This document shows, piece after piece, positions 52,870 to 64,000 of a stretch of 64,000 nt of DNA. Under the pieces are notes generated by a model. That model saw only the letters and a program-made list of their open reading frames with translations, made no database searches and had not been told where the DNA came from. The position numbers were made by a program, and so were the translations under genes. The DNA lies in assembly GCF_036321535.1 (NCBI RefSeq), contig NC_087437.1:24492001-24556000 (forward strand), in the 5' to 3' direction. Origin of the DNA: Camelus dromedarius (taxonomy: Eukaryota). Numbering within the stretch: the first letter of the stretch is position 1; each line of letters opens with the position of its first letter.

Positions 52870-53330
52870 AATCTGCCTCAATATCAAAGATGATGTGGAA
52901 GGTAGAAAGTTAGGCAGAGAAACCCATTAAAATTATTCAGGTGATAAGAAACAAAAGAGTAAAAGGAGTGAAAAATTGGGACAAGCTGGAATTGGAGGAC
53001 TTAAAGACAAATTGGAGATGGGCCTAAGGGGATGATGAAGTGAAAGGAAAACCCCTTGGCTTTGAACCTGAAAGACTGAACGTTACTGACCTTATTAAAG
53101 GAAACATGAAACAGATTTCAAAAAGAAGAGGAAGAGGAGAGATGGAAATCTTCAGGTCCATTTTGGACCTGTCCAATTTGACAAGCCATGCATTTAGGAA
53201 TCTACGTTTCTGCTGGGAAACTGGAAATGGGGCTCAGGAAGTCAAGATGGAGTCTGAGGCTAGAGGGACATGCAACTCTGGAAGCTACAGAAAGAAACTG
53301 TCAAGGCAGAGAGGTCAAAGAAAGACAAAC
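52870..53330 (-). mobile_element. LINE-2 fragment
   Basis: Purine-rich, L2-like sequence (ccattttggacctgtc...gggctcaggaagtcaag). Confidence 0.5.
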
Positions 53331-53869
53331 TCAGAAACTTGATGGAAGGACTTATATTTAAATCTCGGCACTCTCAACACTTAAATATTGGTTTGTGCTA
53401 TAAATTAAAAATTAAAAAGATATTTTGGATCCTAGGATCTACTCTTGAGGAAAAACAAGGGCCATCTCAGAACTCAGAAAACCATCTAATCTGAATGCAT
53501 GAATTAATTATCCTTCATCTCTCCGCTTCATTCCACATAAAGCTCCTGTCATATAGAGTTTGTATCAAATCTGCAACAAATGATTAAAAAAATTCAATCT
53601 TCAACACACTTGTAAGAAATGACTATGCCTTTTTTTTTTAATCGCCTTATTTTGAAGTCATTCTGTCACTCATGTTGCTGTTGCCCCCATTATCACACAC
53701 CTGCTCCAGGAGCAAGTGCAGTTATTGACAACGGGAGGTTCAGCAACATACTCTGTGAAACCACGAGGCAAAGCAAATGCCCCCATCTGACCACCACCTT
53801 GCCTCGGAAGCGCTCACAAAGAAAGAGTGTTGTGTTTTCTCTAAAGAAGATACTACCTACTTCCCTTAC

Positions 53870-54150
53870 TTTCATCAAAAGATGGAACATTAATGTTAAT
53901 ATTAAGCAGAATAGCAATACTAAGTTCAGCCTTCTTGTTATTCACTCTTCAATTTTCATCACTATTCATATACTTTTACAGGAATGGTGTTTAATTTTTA
54001 ATCATGTTTCTTCTAATTTGCAATCGAGTCAAGTGTTCACTAGTTCATCTTTTTCACATGCATAAAAAAATCTCTGGTTTCGCAACAGTTTCAATAACTT
54101 ATAATCCAATTCACTCTACAACTATCCACATTTTCTAAATGTTATCTAAA
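53870..54150 (-). pseudogene. Decayed exon HLENVDSC/SELDYKLLKLLRNQRFFYACEKDELVNT*.../KYMNSDEN*RVNNKKAELSIAILLNININVPSFDE
   Basis: Acceptor ctcctcccacacaatgttacag|, donor AAA|GTAAGG. Several stops and frameshifts. ELDYKLLKLLRNQR resembles the recalled RGS22 segment FLEKQLKKILQNQQ. Confidence 0.45.
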
Positions 54151-56336
54151 CTGTAACATTGTGTGGGAGGAGTCACTGGTCATCACAGGCTTGAAATAAT
54201 CCCTTCCTGTATTCGGATGTTTCATCTCCACATCCAAATAAAATCAAGTCAATCTTTCCGCTGAGTGAAAAATTCCAAATACTGCCTCTCTGGCAGTATC
54301 CTGTAGTACTGGTATCTTCCACTGATTATGTGACTTAATTCTGTGCTGCTCAGCAAAAAGGAAAAAGAACCCCAATTAAAATATGCCAACAGCAATAAGG
54401 ATATCTTTCCTGATAACAAAAAAAAAAATACCTTGGAAAAGAGGTTTCAGCAACAACTAGATTGTGGCACCAATATACCTTCAGTTAGGAAGATCTTACA
54501 CTAGGATAGAACCACATTGGAGAAAAAAAAAGGATGAAGCAAGCTGGTAACCCAGGAACACCCAAGCAGGGTAAGTGAAATCCTCAATCGTTGAAAGATC
54601 ACATAAGTCCCCAATACAGGTATTGATGTAAATATCTCCATTCTAGTTAAGTATTAAGAAGACCAGGCTAATTCTCAAACTAATAGGACATTTCGCGGGG
54701 CAGGGTGCGGGGGTGGGCAGCATACCAATTATCTTCCCCAATTTCCAGCCCAGAGTGCAGCAACAAATTTAAATTAAATAAGGCAGATATTGACAAATGT
54801 AGACAGGAAGAAACAGCATTTTCCCAACTCAAACTATATACTCCAGATATTTTTTTGTCTGTTCATGAAAACACTAGGCTGCCAAAGCATCAAAATTATC
54901 AGCATTTGCTTATTTCAGATAATAAAATCTTTTCACAAAGTTATTATAAATCTTGTAATAAGGAAAACCTTTCATGTAACCATTAATTGATCAAATATTG
55001 TTTCCCCAAAATTTCCCTGCAGAAATGATTTAATTGGGGGGGGGCACTAACCTTTTTCAGTTTAAAGAGTAGGAATAGGAACAATGTGTTGTTTTATAAG
55101 GCAAACTTACTATTCAGTCAGTCACTACAGAATGAATTAAAATACAAGGCAAGCAACACTGTTTTCTTAGGCCACTAACGTGCATTTTGCTTCCCAAATA
55201 ACATACAGAAAAGTAAAATAATAATAAAGTATATAAATTTTAAGTTATGTACTATTAAGGGTATAGCGTTTGGATAATGTATTCTGTGCTGTTTTCGACC
55301 AGCTGTGAATACTGTCCTGTGCAAGCCCTACCCACTCACATATTCTGGCACTAATCTTGGTTCTTATGGTTTCTAAAAGCTCCTTTCATGTATGTGTCTA
55401 TGGCATGTCATTTACTTCAGCCTTGGAATCACAGCCATCAATGGACCAAGGACTGACCGAGGATGTCCTTTTCTCCCAAGCAAGAGTCCACTAAAAAGAG
55501 CATCCTCCCACGTCATACCTAATGCACCTTTAGTCCAAGGTTTCTAGGATAGAATAGGTTTCTGGTGAGTAGTTTAGTCTTGTTTTCCTTAAGAAATGCT
55601 GTCCACACTCAGGATTTCAATTTCACCATTTCGATTGAGAGCTTTTTGTTCTGAGGCAGACGTAGGTACAATAAACTTGTGAGAAGCACAGATTTGCCTT
55701 TCAGAGAGATTACAGTCATCGTTAATGTGCCTCTTCCCATAAATAGAAGCTGGACAGAGACCAGGAGACCTAGATCAGGTCCCAGGCTAACTAGGTTGAT
55801 TAGAATCAGTTCATTTCCATGACCCTTAATTTCTTCATCTGTAAAAGGAAGGATCCACGGTAAGTGATACTTGGATCTTCACCAAACAAGCCTCTCTCAT
55901 ATCCCATTCTATTCCAAAAGTTGCCTAAATAATGAGAAGTCCTTTAGACTCTCATATTTTGTTTCGACCAGCTTTGATGCTTCTCTTTTCCCTACTATAT
56001 TGCTAAATGTAGATGGATCTCTTCAAATTCTTTCAGGCAATTTTATAAAAGTTCTCTAAAAGGTCTTTTCAATATAATAAAATAAAGCAATAAAAGTGTC
56101 TAATTTTCTGTGACTCTCTCTGAGGGTGGAAAAGCATTCTTCTGACATACATACATATACGAGTACACAGAGAGATTCATGTCTATGTGTATATACGTGC
56201 ATATATACAGAGCTGATCAGAATAATTTCAAACCTGAAATTTTTGTGTATTTTTTAACTCTCAACACTATAGAAATTAAAAGGATATTTGCTTTTTGAGA
56301 ATTAAAAGGGCCCAAGTGCTCTTTCAGAGACCTTAC

Positions 56337-56391
56337 ACAGGGTTTAACCCATCAGTTTCATCATGACTGAAAAAGGTGGTGAACTCTCCAT
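56337..56391 (-). pseudogene. Candidate 5' exon DGEFTTFFSHDETDGLNP
   Basis: Strong acceptor gcctgttcgtttttcag|, donor TGT|GTAAGG. Only weak resemblance to the RGS22 start. Confidence 0.3.
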
Positions 56392-59300
56392 CTGAAAAAC
56401 GAACAGGCAACTGGTGAAAGCTCCCTGCTCCCAGGAACGCGGTTAAACTGGCTACACCCTCAGTTTTGCAGCAGAGCATTTTAATACAGGTTGGCACAGC
56501 ATGTTCTGGGCTCTCAGCGCCATTTCCAAAATACAGTGTGTCCAGTGTACGTATCACTGTAGCCAGTATGAATAAACTGCTTTTGGTAGCTTCTACTTTG
56601 ATTTCATAGTTGCGTTATATATTAAAAAAAAAAAAGTTGTTTTAAAGATCTATTGAGTTGATTAGGGTAGGAAAATAATTAAGATATTGCTATAAAGAAG
56701 GCATTCATTGCAAATAAGTATTTTCTATATTTATAAAAGCATTCATATATAAAATCAATTTCCAGTCAACTATAATGTAATATTATATTTCCTTATAAGT
56801 ACTAACACATTAAAGGTGTGACTCAACCAATATCTAAGTTGAAGCTCCTGCAAAAGAAGCTTATTTGATAAGATAGTAGGATATCTAAAATTTGAAATCC
56901 CAAATGATCATTAGAGAAGGTGGCATATTATATCAATCTTATTCCTTAGCAAATAATTTTATGATTTGTTACTTTGGCTAAAGAACAAGTTTTTAAAGAT
57001 TTGTTCTCATTACAGTTATCTTTACTTTTGTAAAAATGAATAACCTATAAAAAAGATTTTAAACTCCCATAAATTTAATCTGTGCCTATAATGTGTGTAC
57101 ATGTGTAGGTACATAGATACATATACAGAACTATTATTTTTAAGCATATTGACTATTGAAATAATTCTCTTAATTTAATTCACATTTATTCTTCATGATA
57201 TAAATGATAATACAAACTTTTTATTCCTCCACCTTAGTTGATTAAGGTCAACACACCCATACTTCCAATGTAAGGTCTGTTGATATTGAAAACAATAAAT
57301 ATTACAGGGAAAAATTTTTCCTTTGGGAAAGAAATTATAATTAACTCCCATTCTCATCCCCAAGCATACTAGGATACTAGAACTTGCCTGAAGTCGTCTC
57401 TCTCAGACCACCAATAAGCTTACATAATTATGTGCAGTTTTTATAATCTGACCAAACACAGATCAAAGCCCATACGTAGTAAGGAAATCTGTTTTGCCTA
57501 ATGTCGTTCATTCTAGTGGCTGGGCTATGATTTTGCCTAAAAATCTTCGTAAGAGAGAGAGGATGTTTGAGCTAAAAGAAAAGGCATATTAAGCCATTAC
57601 AAACAAAGTGTTTTATTAAAGAAATGGGAAAACATAGATCTTATGGATTTTTGGTTAGAAAATCATCTGTATTCATGTGCTAATGGTTCTACTCATTTGT
57701 TTGAATATGTAACAGTAGTAATTAATGAAAACAGTCCGAGTCTCTGACTCACCATGGACCAGAACTTTATGAAATTTCAGGGGCTACAAATATTGACTGT
57801 GTTCAGGAAATTTCATTCATACTAACCCTGAGAATAAAAATAACTTTCAAAATAAAGAATCATACTACAAACATACTTAGAAATAACTAAAACTTAGCCT
57901 TATTTTAAAGGAACATCGTGGAAGGAGCAATTCAGAGGCACTTAACTGAAAGCAATAGAAAAAAATTTAAAGCATTGTATAATCCTAGGAATTAGATGGT
58001 TCATTCAGGATGAATGCAGCTTAATTTTTAAAGTGATTATCAAGAGGTGGGGTATTAAAGCTTCAGGGTTTACGTGGATTATCAGAGACATGTTATGAAA
58101 TTTGAAGGAGTTTAAGATAAACAGGAAAATGTATGCAGAGAAGTTTGGGGGAGAAAAGAGGGCAATTAATGCAGATATTTTAGTTCATAGTCTCAAAATA
58201 GATAAACATCACCTGTCAGGTCTCCTAGAATCCCAAATGCTTATTAGCCATGAAATTAGAGCAGTTTTTCCCATTTTAATTCTTATTCCAGAGGAAGCAC
58301 ATATTATTGGACCTTGTGCTCACTTTCCAGTCACCTAGTCAGGGGCTGCCCAAAGATACCTACATCTTCAGCCAGGTGGGATTTCATAAATTAGCACTTT
58401 CTAAGGTCACAGACCCAGCTAGAAATCCATCCAGCCCTCATTTTCCCTAATTCGCCATTACCAACTCTGACTCTGCCCCTGCCACCTCTATTTTCATGTT
58501 GGTATTTATGACTTATCTTTCTGGTTGTATTTTTCATTTGTCTATATATCTGCAATATACAAGGGTTTATCTGTGTGCGTGTGTCTAGGAAAATGGTCAC
58601 TGAAAAATGCAGAGTACAGTTAATTGTGGGACTCGTAAGCTATTAACTCAAAGCATCTTGATTATTTTCACTGAAACATCTGTGTGCTGACACATATGTT
58701 GCTAAGGAAAGAACACCATTCAGGAACTGGCTTCTTGGGAACTCACTTTAGAAGCATTTTACCTCCACAACACCTCCCCCCACCCCCAAGCTTTTACTAT
58801 CTCTGCTTATAAAACACTGGATGCCTTGGGCTCCATGAATAAATAAATATACATAAGCCCTCTGGGAAAATGTTTGTGTACCCCTTTAGCTAGAGTCCTG
58901 TGGAGTTTTTAAAGCTAGGGGGGATCAACTAATTGAATAGCAAAGCACCTACACTTTTTTAAAGAAAATCTTTCTAACAATCTACAAGGACTCTTAGTTT
59001 TCTGTTCTAATGCTCATTCAGCCCTCCTCTTCTGTAAACTTCAACGCCTATATACATTCTTCCAAAATGACCCCCAGAGAGGGCTAGAATATTGTAACTT
59101 TCACCAATGTAAGGAAATATTTAAGAAGCTACTTGATAAGCCAAATAGTGCATTATACAATTATTTTAGGACAGAGTTCCATAGAACTCATGAGGTTTGG
59201 AGGTGATTACAATTTTTTTTTGAGAACATGATCCAAATATGTGACTCCCTGTCCTAAAAATACAGTTGCAGTCCTGGCCAAATTCAAATAAATGGAGATG

Positions 59301-59869
59301 AATTTCTTTGGTTTTGATAGGGAATCGATATGTAAGTCTAACATCATAAATCACTGCAGCTGGGTGATCAGCAGAGTGACCCTCACCCAACGAGGAGAGG
59401 ACGCTTCCTGTGTTTTAAAATCCCTAAATTTAGCTACTCAGTCAGGAACTTATATCCGAGGTGAATTTAAATGCATTCTCATTTGGAAAATTAATTATTC
59501 CTCTAGAGATTACGGGGGACGGTTCACATTTTCCCCATCTATTCCCCAATTTTGAGAACTTGGCTAGACCAGGATGATTTACGTTATCACTACTGAAACA
59601 GAGAAAAAGCTTTCATTTTCCAAAACGTTCCGTCTCCTCATGGCTCCCCTAATAGTCCAGGAAGCTTTTCCAAGCAACTCCCTGGACATCGCAAGCTTTT
59701 GCCTGAATTGCAACCGCTTTCAAGGAATCACAACACTTGGCAAAGCAACTTTTCTTCGACTCCAGGGAGGGGGCTGAGGGGAAAACGATGTCCCTCTTTT
59801 TCCTCCGCCAATCCTTTTTCTGAAATCTTGACATCTACCGGGTGGAAAAGTAGGTTAATTAGGCAGGAA

Positions 59870-60070
59870 TCTCTGGCTTGGCCCCCCGGCGGCGGTTTTC
59901 AGGTGGCGGCGAGCCCCGCCGCCTTCCGAGCGCGAAGTGACGAAAACTGAGGGAGGCCGCGCGGGCCGGCCGGCCGCCCGCACACAATGGCGCAATTATT
60001 TGTCTAAAGTTCCATCCTCCGCAGACCTCCGTGCATAATTCAAGCATAATTAGGCCGACGGTGTTCCCTT
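59870..60070. promoter_or_regulatory. Small CpG-dense GC-rich patch with SOX and homeodomain/POU-like motifs
   Basis: Dense CpG in a CpG-depleted background. ACAATGG at 59984-59990. GCATAATT twice (60033-60040 and 60044-60051). Confidence 0.6.
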
Positions 60071-61729
60071 TAAAGGCCTGACTTGGAGAAGGGAAGAGGG
60101 TGTTTATTTACTTTAGGGCATCGCTTCGAGAGCAGCTTCCGCAGGAGCTGGAAAATGATCACAGGCGGATTGGCACCATCTGCGTGGAGAGTTCAAAAAG
60201 TTTTTTCTCTGGCAAATTGAAGCTTTGCAAACTTTCCAGCCCCTGCTCCCCTTTTCAGTCGTAACCTAGTGTCACAGACTCACATTCAAGAACGGCTGGC
60301 TCTAAAAAAAAAAAAAAAAAAAAAAAAAATCCACCTGGGAACTGTGCTCACGTGCTAGTACTCCAAATGCTGGCTCTCACCTTGGATGTTTTACTTGTCA
60401 ACTATCAGATTTCCTGATGGCAGGACCGGGGCTGAGTCACTCCTTTTGCTCTGATTGCCATGTCCGGGGTCTCAGAACCCCAGAGTTTGAACCTCAAAAG
60501 TCGCCATGCACTGAACCAAACTCAAAACCCAAAGAAACTAGCTTTGAGGCCAAGGGGCACACTGGGCTCGCTAGGGAGTAGGTTGGAGTGTTTTGTTTGT
60601 TTACTTATTTTTAGGATTATCTTATTTATATCAAGATGGGGAGGTGATACAAGAGGTTAGAAATGGCACGACAAAGAAAGGCGCCAGTTTCACTGTGCAC
60701 TGTGCAAAATTGTTTGTAAATAGCACACTTTAAAAACGGATGCATATGTTTCCAGCTTAGTATATATCACCTAATTTATAATACCCTTCCTATTAGATAA
60801 TCTTGGCCCCTAAATGCAATTTCATTATCATCTCAATATATAATATAGTTCCCAAATGGCAATACACATCTAATATAATATGTATCACCATATACACGTA
60901 TATATCCTAGTATATAACATAAACCACATAATATACATACATGTCATTTAATATACTCATATAAAAAGAAAATAAAAGCATACGTTATGCAAGTATGGTG
61001 GTTTGTATTCAGTGAGTAAATATACTGAAATATCTATATATTATGTGAATATATATATATACATAGATACATAAATATGTCACAGCTGTGGGCACATGTT
61101 AGTTGATGCATATTAGATACTAGGTTAGGTTTTGAAGCCGTACTCCACTCCTTTTCACCTGTTGTTGAAAAGTCTGTGGCCACCAGAAGGAACCTAGCTC
61201 ACAGAATCATCTCTCCCTTTCTCCCACACAAGCTGGGGATGTACACATTCCTCCCACGGCAGTGGAAAGGAAGCCCTTGTTCAAGTAGACTGCACGGGGT
61301 CTAATCCAACAGATGGAACTCCTATTTCAGAGGAGGCCTGGACAGCCCAGGCCACAGGAAAGCTCCCTAGAAGTTCATCTTCTACAGCTCCCAGGGGGAG
61401 GCTGGGTCCAAGCTTCAGTTTGAGGGAATTGTCTTAAATCTGCTCAGGACGATCATCTCGCACAAAGGCAGGCTGCCCTAGTGGGGCCAGGTTGTTGGGG
61501 CACTCAGTACTTGGGGGAGTCCTCCAGACCCGCCTCCCCATATGGTTCTTTCCCCTCCCCGGCAAGATCTGGGCCCCTTGGAAACACTTCTGGACTCTGC
61601 AGCAGGTTCTGGGGCAACTGCAAAAGGAGAAATATTATTAATTTCCTGTTATTCGATTTCCATTCCCAGGGTTCCTAATTCTAACCTTTTCTAGGGGCTA
61701 TTCTGCACTAAGAGTTAGATTTTGCCAAA

Positions 61730-62660
61730 CACGCCCGCACCCGGGAATCTTGACCGCTCAGACACTTTGAGAATGGAAAAATCATTAATTTAAAGAGACT
61801 TTTTAGTAAAGACGTTGGGTGAGAAAGGGACAGGTGCTACACTAGAAAAACCGGGGCTTGAAACCTCTGGCCCGGGCGCAATCGGCCTCCTGGGACTGGA
61901 TGGAGGGAACGCTTTTCCTTAACCTGTGTCGGGCGTCCCCCTCCCCACCACCCGGGCGCTAAGCGATTAAAAGTGTGCGAGTTTCTGCGCTGTATTGAGA
62001 ACATATCCTACTGTCTATAAAAACTTGGTGGAAAGAATTTGATGAATGTGTCTAATTGGTTTAACCCGCCAACTATTCAGAAGAAGAAAAGCTCCGTCAT
62101 TTGCCTTAATTAAGTTTTTTTTTTTTTAAAGTCTCTGCCTCTAATGATCCTAGAAACCGCGAAGTTCAGCACCAGCATCTGTGTCACTTTAATTATCTTG
62201 TTTATTTGTTGGGGATGTGGCGAAGTTACCCAATATTTTCCGACATACTTTCCAACTCATAGGGGAGCCCCGCGAGCAGAGCAGGCTCCTGTCCAACCCA
62301 GAGGACCAGTGCAGCGTTTGGAAAGTTAAGGGTGAGCCGCCTGGGTGGGGGGAGGCGGCTTCCAGTCCCTTCTGCCATGCGCGCCCCCGAGCGCCAGCTA
62401 TTTGAAGAATTTGGACCACCGCCTGAGGAACAATTTGCCATCGGATTTGTCCTCGGCAAATGTCTCACCAAACGAAAACAAAAACAAAAAGCAAAACCTT
62501 GTAAGTTGCAAATAAGGGTTCTGGAAAGAGGGCTGCTGCAAATCCTCCACACACTTGACCGTTCGGGGGGACTCGGGGTCCCCTTGTAACCCGCCCTTAG
62601 GACTCCGCACTGAACGACAAGGAAAAGCCGCTTGGTGCATCCCCTCCCCAGCTGGCCAGG
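61730..62660. promoter_or_regulatory. CpG-enriched region (CpG-island-like or island shore)
   Basis: Raised GC and many CpGs, interspersed with TAATT motifs. Confidence 0.5.
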
Positions 62661-62794
62661 GCCGAGGCTCCCACGTTCATTCAAAGGTTTTCTTGTAATT
62701 CCTACAGTTTTCCTGGTGAGGGAAACCGGAAGACACATTTCCTGGAGTCTGGTAGTTGGTTTGGATTTCCCCCACCCCATGCCCGGCAAAGCAC

Positions 62795-62795
<1 letters not shown>

Positions 62796-62826
<31 letters not shown>

Positions 62827-62851
62827 ACAGACAGACAGACAGACAGACACA

Positions 62852-62881
<30 letters not shown>
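62796..62881. repeat. Compound microsatellite (CAGG)7(CAGA)6(CA)n
   Basis: Direct reading; one TA interruption in the CA tract. Confidence 0.97.
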
Positions 62882-62882
<1 letters not shown>

Positions 62883-64000
62883 GCAATTAGAGCCAATGTC
62901 AGAATGCTTAAAACTCACCCATTCTTCGTGTTAAACTTTGACAATTAAGCTTGGATGGGCTGGGACCTCAATGCCTCCATCGCACCCCCCCACCCCTTCC
63001 TCTCACATGTCAGGAAATTTGTAGTCTAGAGTCAAAGGTTTTTATTCAGTCAGGTGCTAGGGCTTTTTTTCAGCAGCAACATCCTGATAGCATTTTAAAA
63101 TGTTGGTATGATTTTTGCCTCCAAATTTCTAAATCTAGGAGCTTGTTAAACAAGAGGAAGAAGCCACCTAAGCCAGATGAATGGTCTTATGCTCCAATGT
63201 CTGGCAGACATTTGTTATTCAAAACAGAATTTAATAATTTTTCTCTAAATAGAGAAAAAGGATTATGAGGGAATTAGCACCAAACACCCAGAGAAGAGCA
63301 GAGAACTTTTCTTCCCCCAGATCAAGGAAGCAAGTGACTGACTCTTTGGCAAGTGTTATTAGCCACAGCTCTGGACTTGGGCTCTGTCATTTGAGGTGGC
63401 TCAAGCTTGTCTCTCTGAGGATCTGAACTGCTTTGTTGACTTTGGATTCAGTGCCGGGCTTGAAAGACAGGCCCCAGGCAGCTGGACAAGCCTTGGACTT
63501 GAACTGAATTCCAAGAAGTGTGTCCCACAAATCCCTCTGAGTCTGGAGAGTGTGTTTGGGTGGAGATGGGCCTGGGAGCTGTAAGGGGCCTCATCTCAAG
63601 AGCCACCCCTGTACTTCATCACATGCTAGCTGCTCTGAATCTCCCCTCAGCCTGCACCCCTCTATCTCTGGGCTCTGGGCTTCAGGAGGGAAAAGTCATT
63701 TCACCCTAGTGACCTCTGGCTCTGGGTCACAGGTTGAAGATGCCCTGTACTTCTGGGAGAGCCTGTGTTGGACAAAACCAGTCTAAAACTCTGGATCCCA
63801 TGCTCACAGTACCCCCTCCCCACCCTTCCGGGTTCTGGGAGAGCAGGTGTCATGGGAGAGGGTGTTGAAGTTTCAACTTTCATCCTCAGGAGAAATTCAG
63901 GCCCCTAAAGTGCCGCCTAGGCGGTTGAAACCTTGGAACATTCCTGTCAGGCCCACTGAGTAAGCTCAAGACCAACTCCCCTACTTGGCAGCTCAGGAAA

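Larger units (their letters stand above)
1482..56391 (-). pseudogene. Decayed multi-exon gene encoding a multi-RGS-domain, RGS22/RGSL1-like protein (putative unitary pseudogene)
   Basis: Collinear minus-strand exon candidates with AG/GT ends and matching phases. Translations show RGS-like patterns and RGS22-like N-terminal segments. There are multiple in-frame stops and frameshifts. Family assignment is by eye only. Confidence 0.65.

Noticed and set aside
53619..54065. 148-aa plus-strand ORF
   Set aside because: No recognisable protein features or splice context; it overlaps the decayed minus-strand exon in antisense.
1482..56391. Naming the gene RGS22 or RGSL1
   Set aside because: Similarity to the recalled sequences is only motif-level, far below that expected for a mammalian ortholog, and I cannot run a search.
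62226..62918. 230-aa ORF and overlapping ORFs
   Set aside because: They stay open because of the compound microsatellite and GC-rich sequence; the translations are low-complexity.
1..64000. CRISPR arrays, operons or other prokaryotic systems
   Set aside because: The sequence is plainly mammalian, and no regularly spaced repeat-spacer structure was seen.

Overview
AT-rich, CpG-depleted mammalian DNA, most likely from a camelid: it carries four tRNA-derived SINEs of the camelid Vic-1 type and an artiodactyl-type L1. No intact protein-coding gene is evident. Repeats include one 5'-truncated 1.3 kb L1 inserted into a MIR, many MIR and L2 fragments, MER5- and MER94-like DNA transposons, and microsatellites. 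The main finding is a chain of roughly 15 exon-like segments on the minus strand, from about 56.4 kb down to 1.5 kb. Many have canonical AG/GT boundaries and compatible phases. Their joined translations read as several tandem RGS (regulator of G-protein signalling)-like domains behind an N-terminal block resembling RGS22, but they contain stops and frameshifts. I interpret this as a decayed, intron-containing (unitary) pseudogene of a divergent RGS22/RGSL1-family paralog. Its introns hold an enhancer-like element, and CpG-rich patches at 59.9-62.7 kb may be its relic promoter or the edge of a developmental-gene regulatory domain. Protein similarities were judged by eye against remembered sequences and need HMM/BLAST confirmation.
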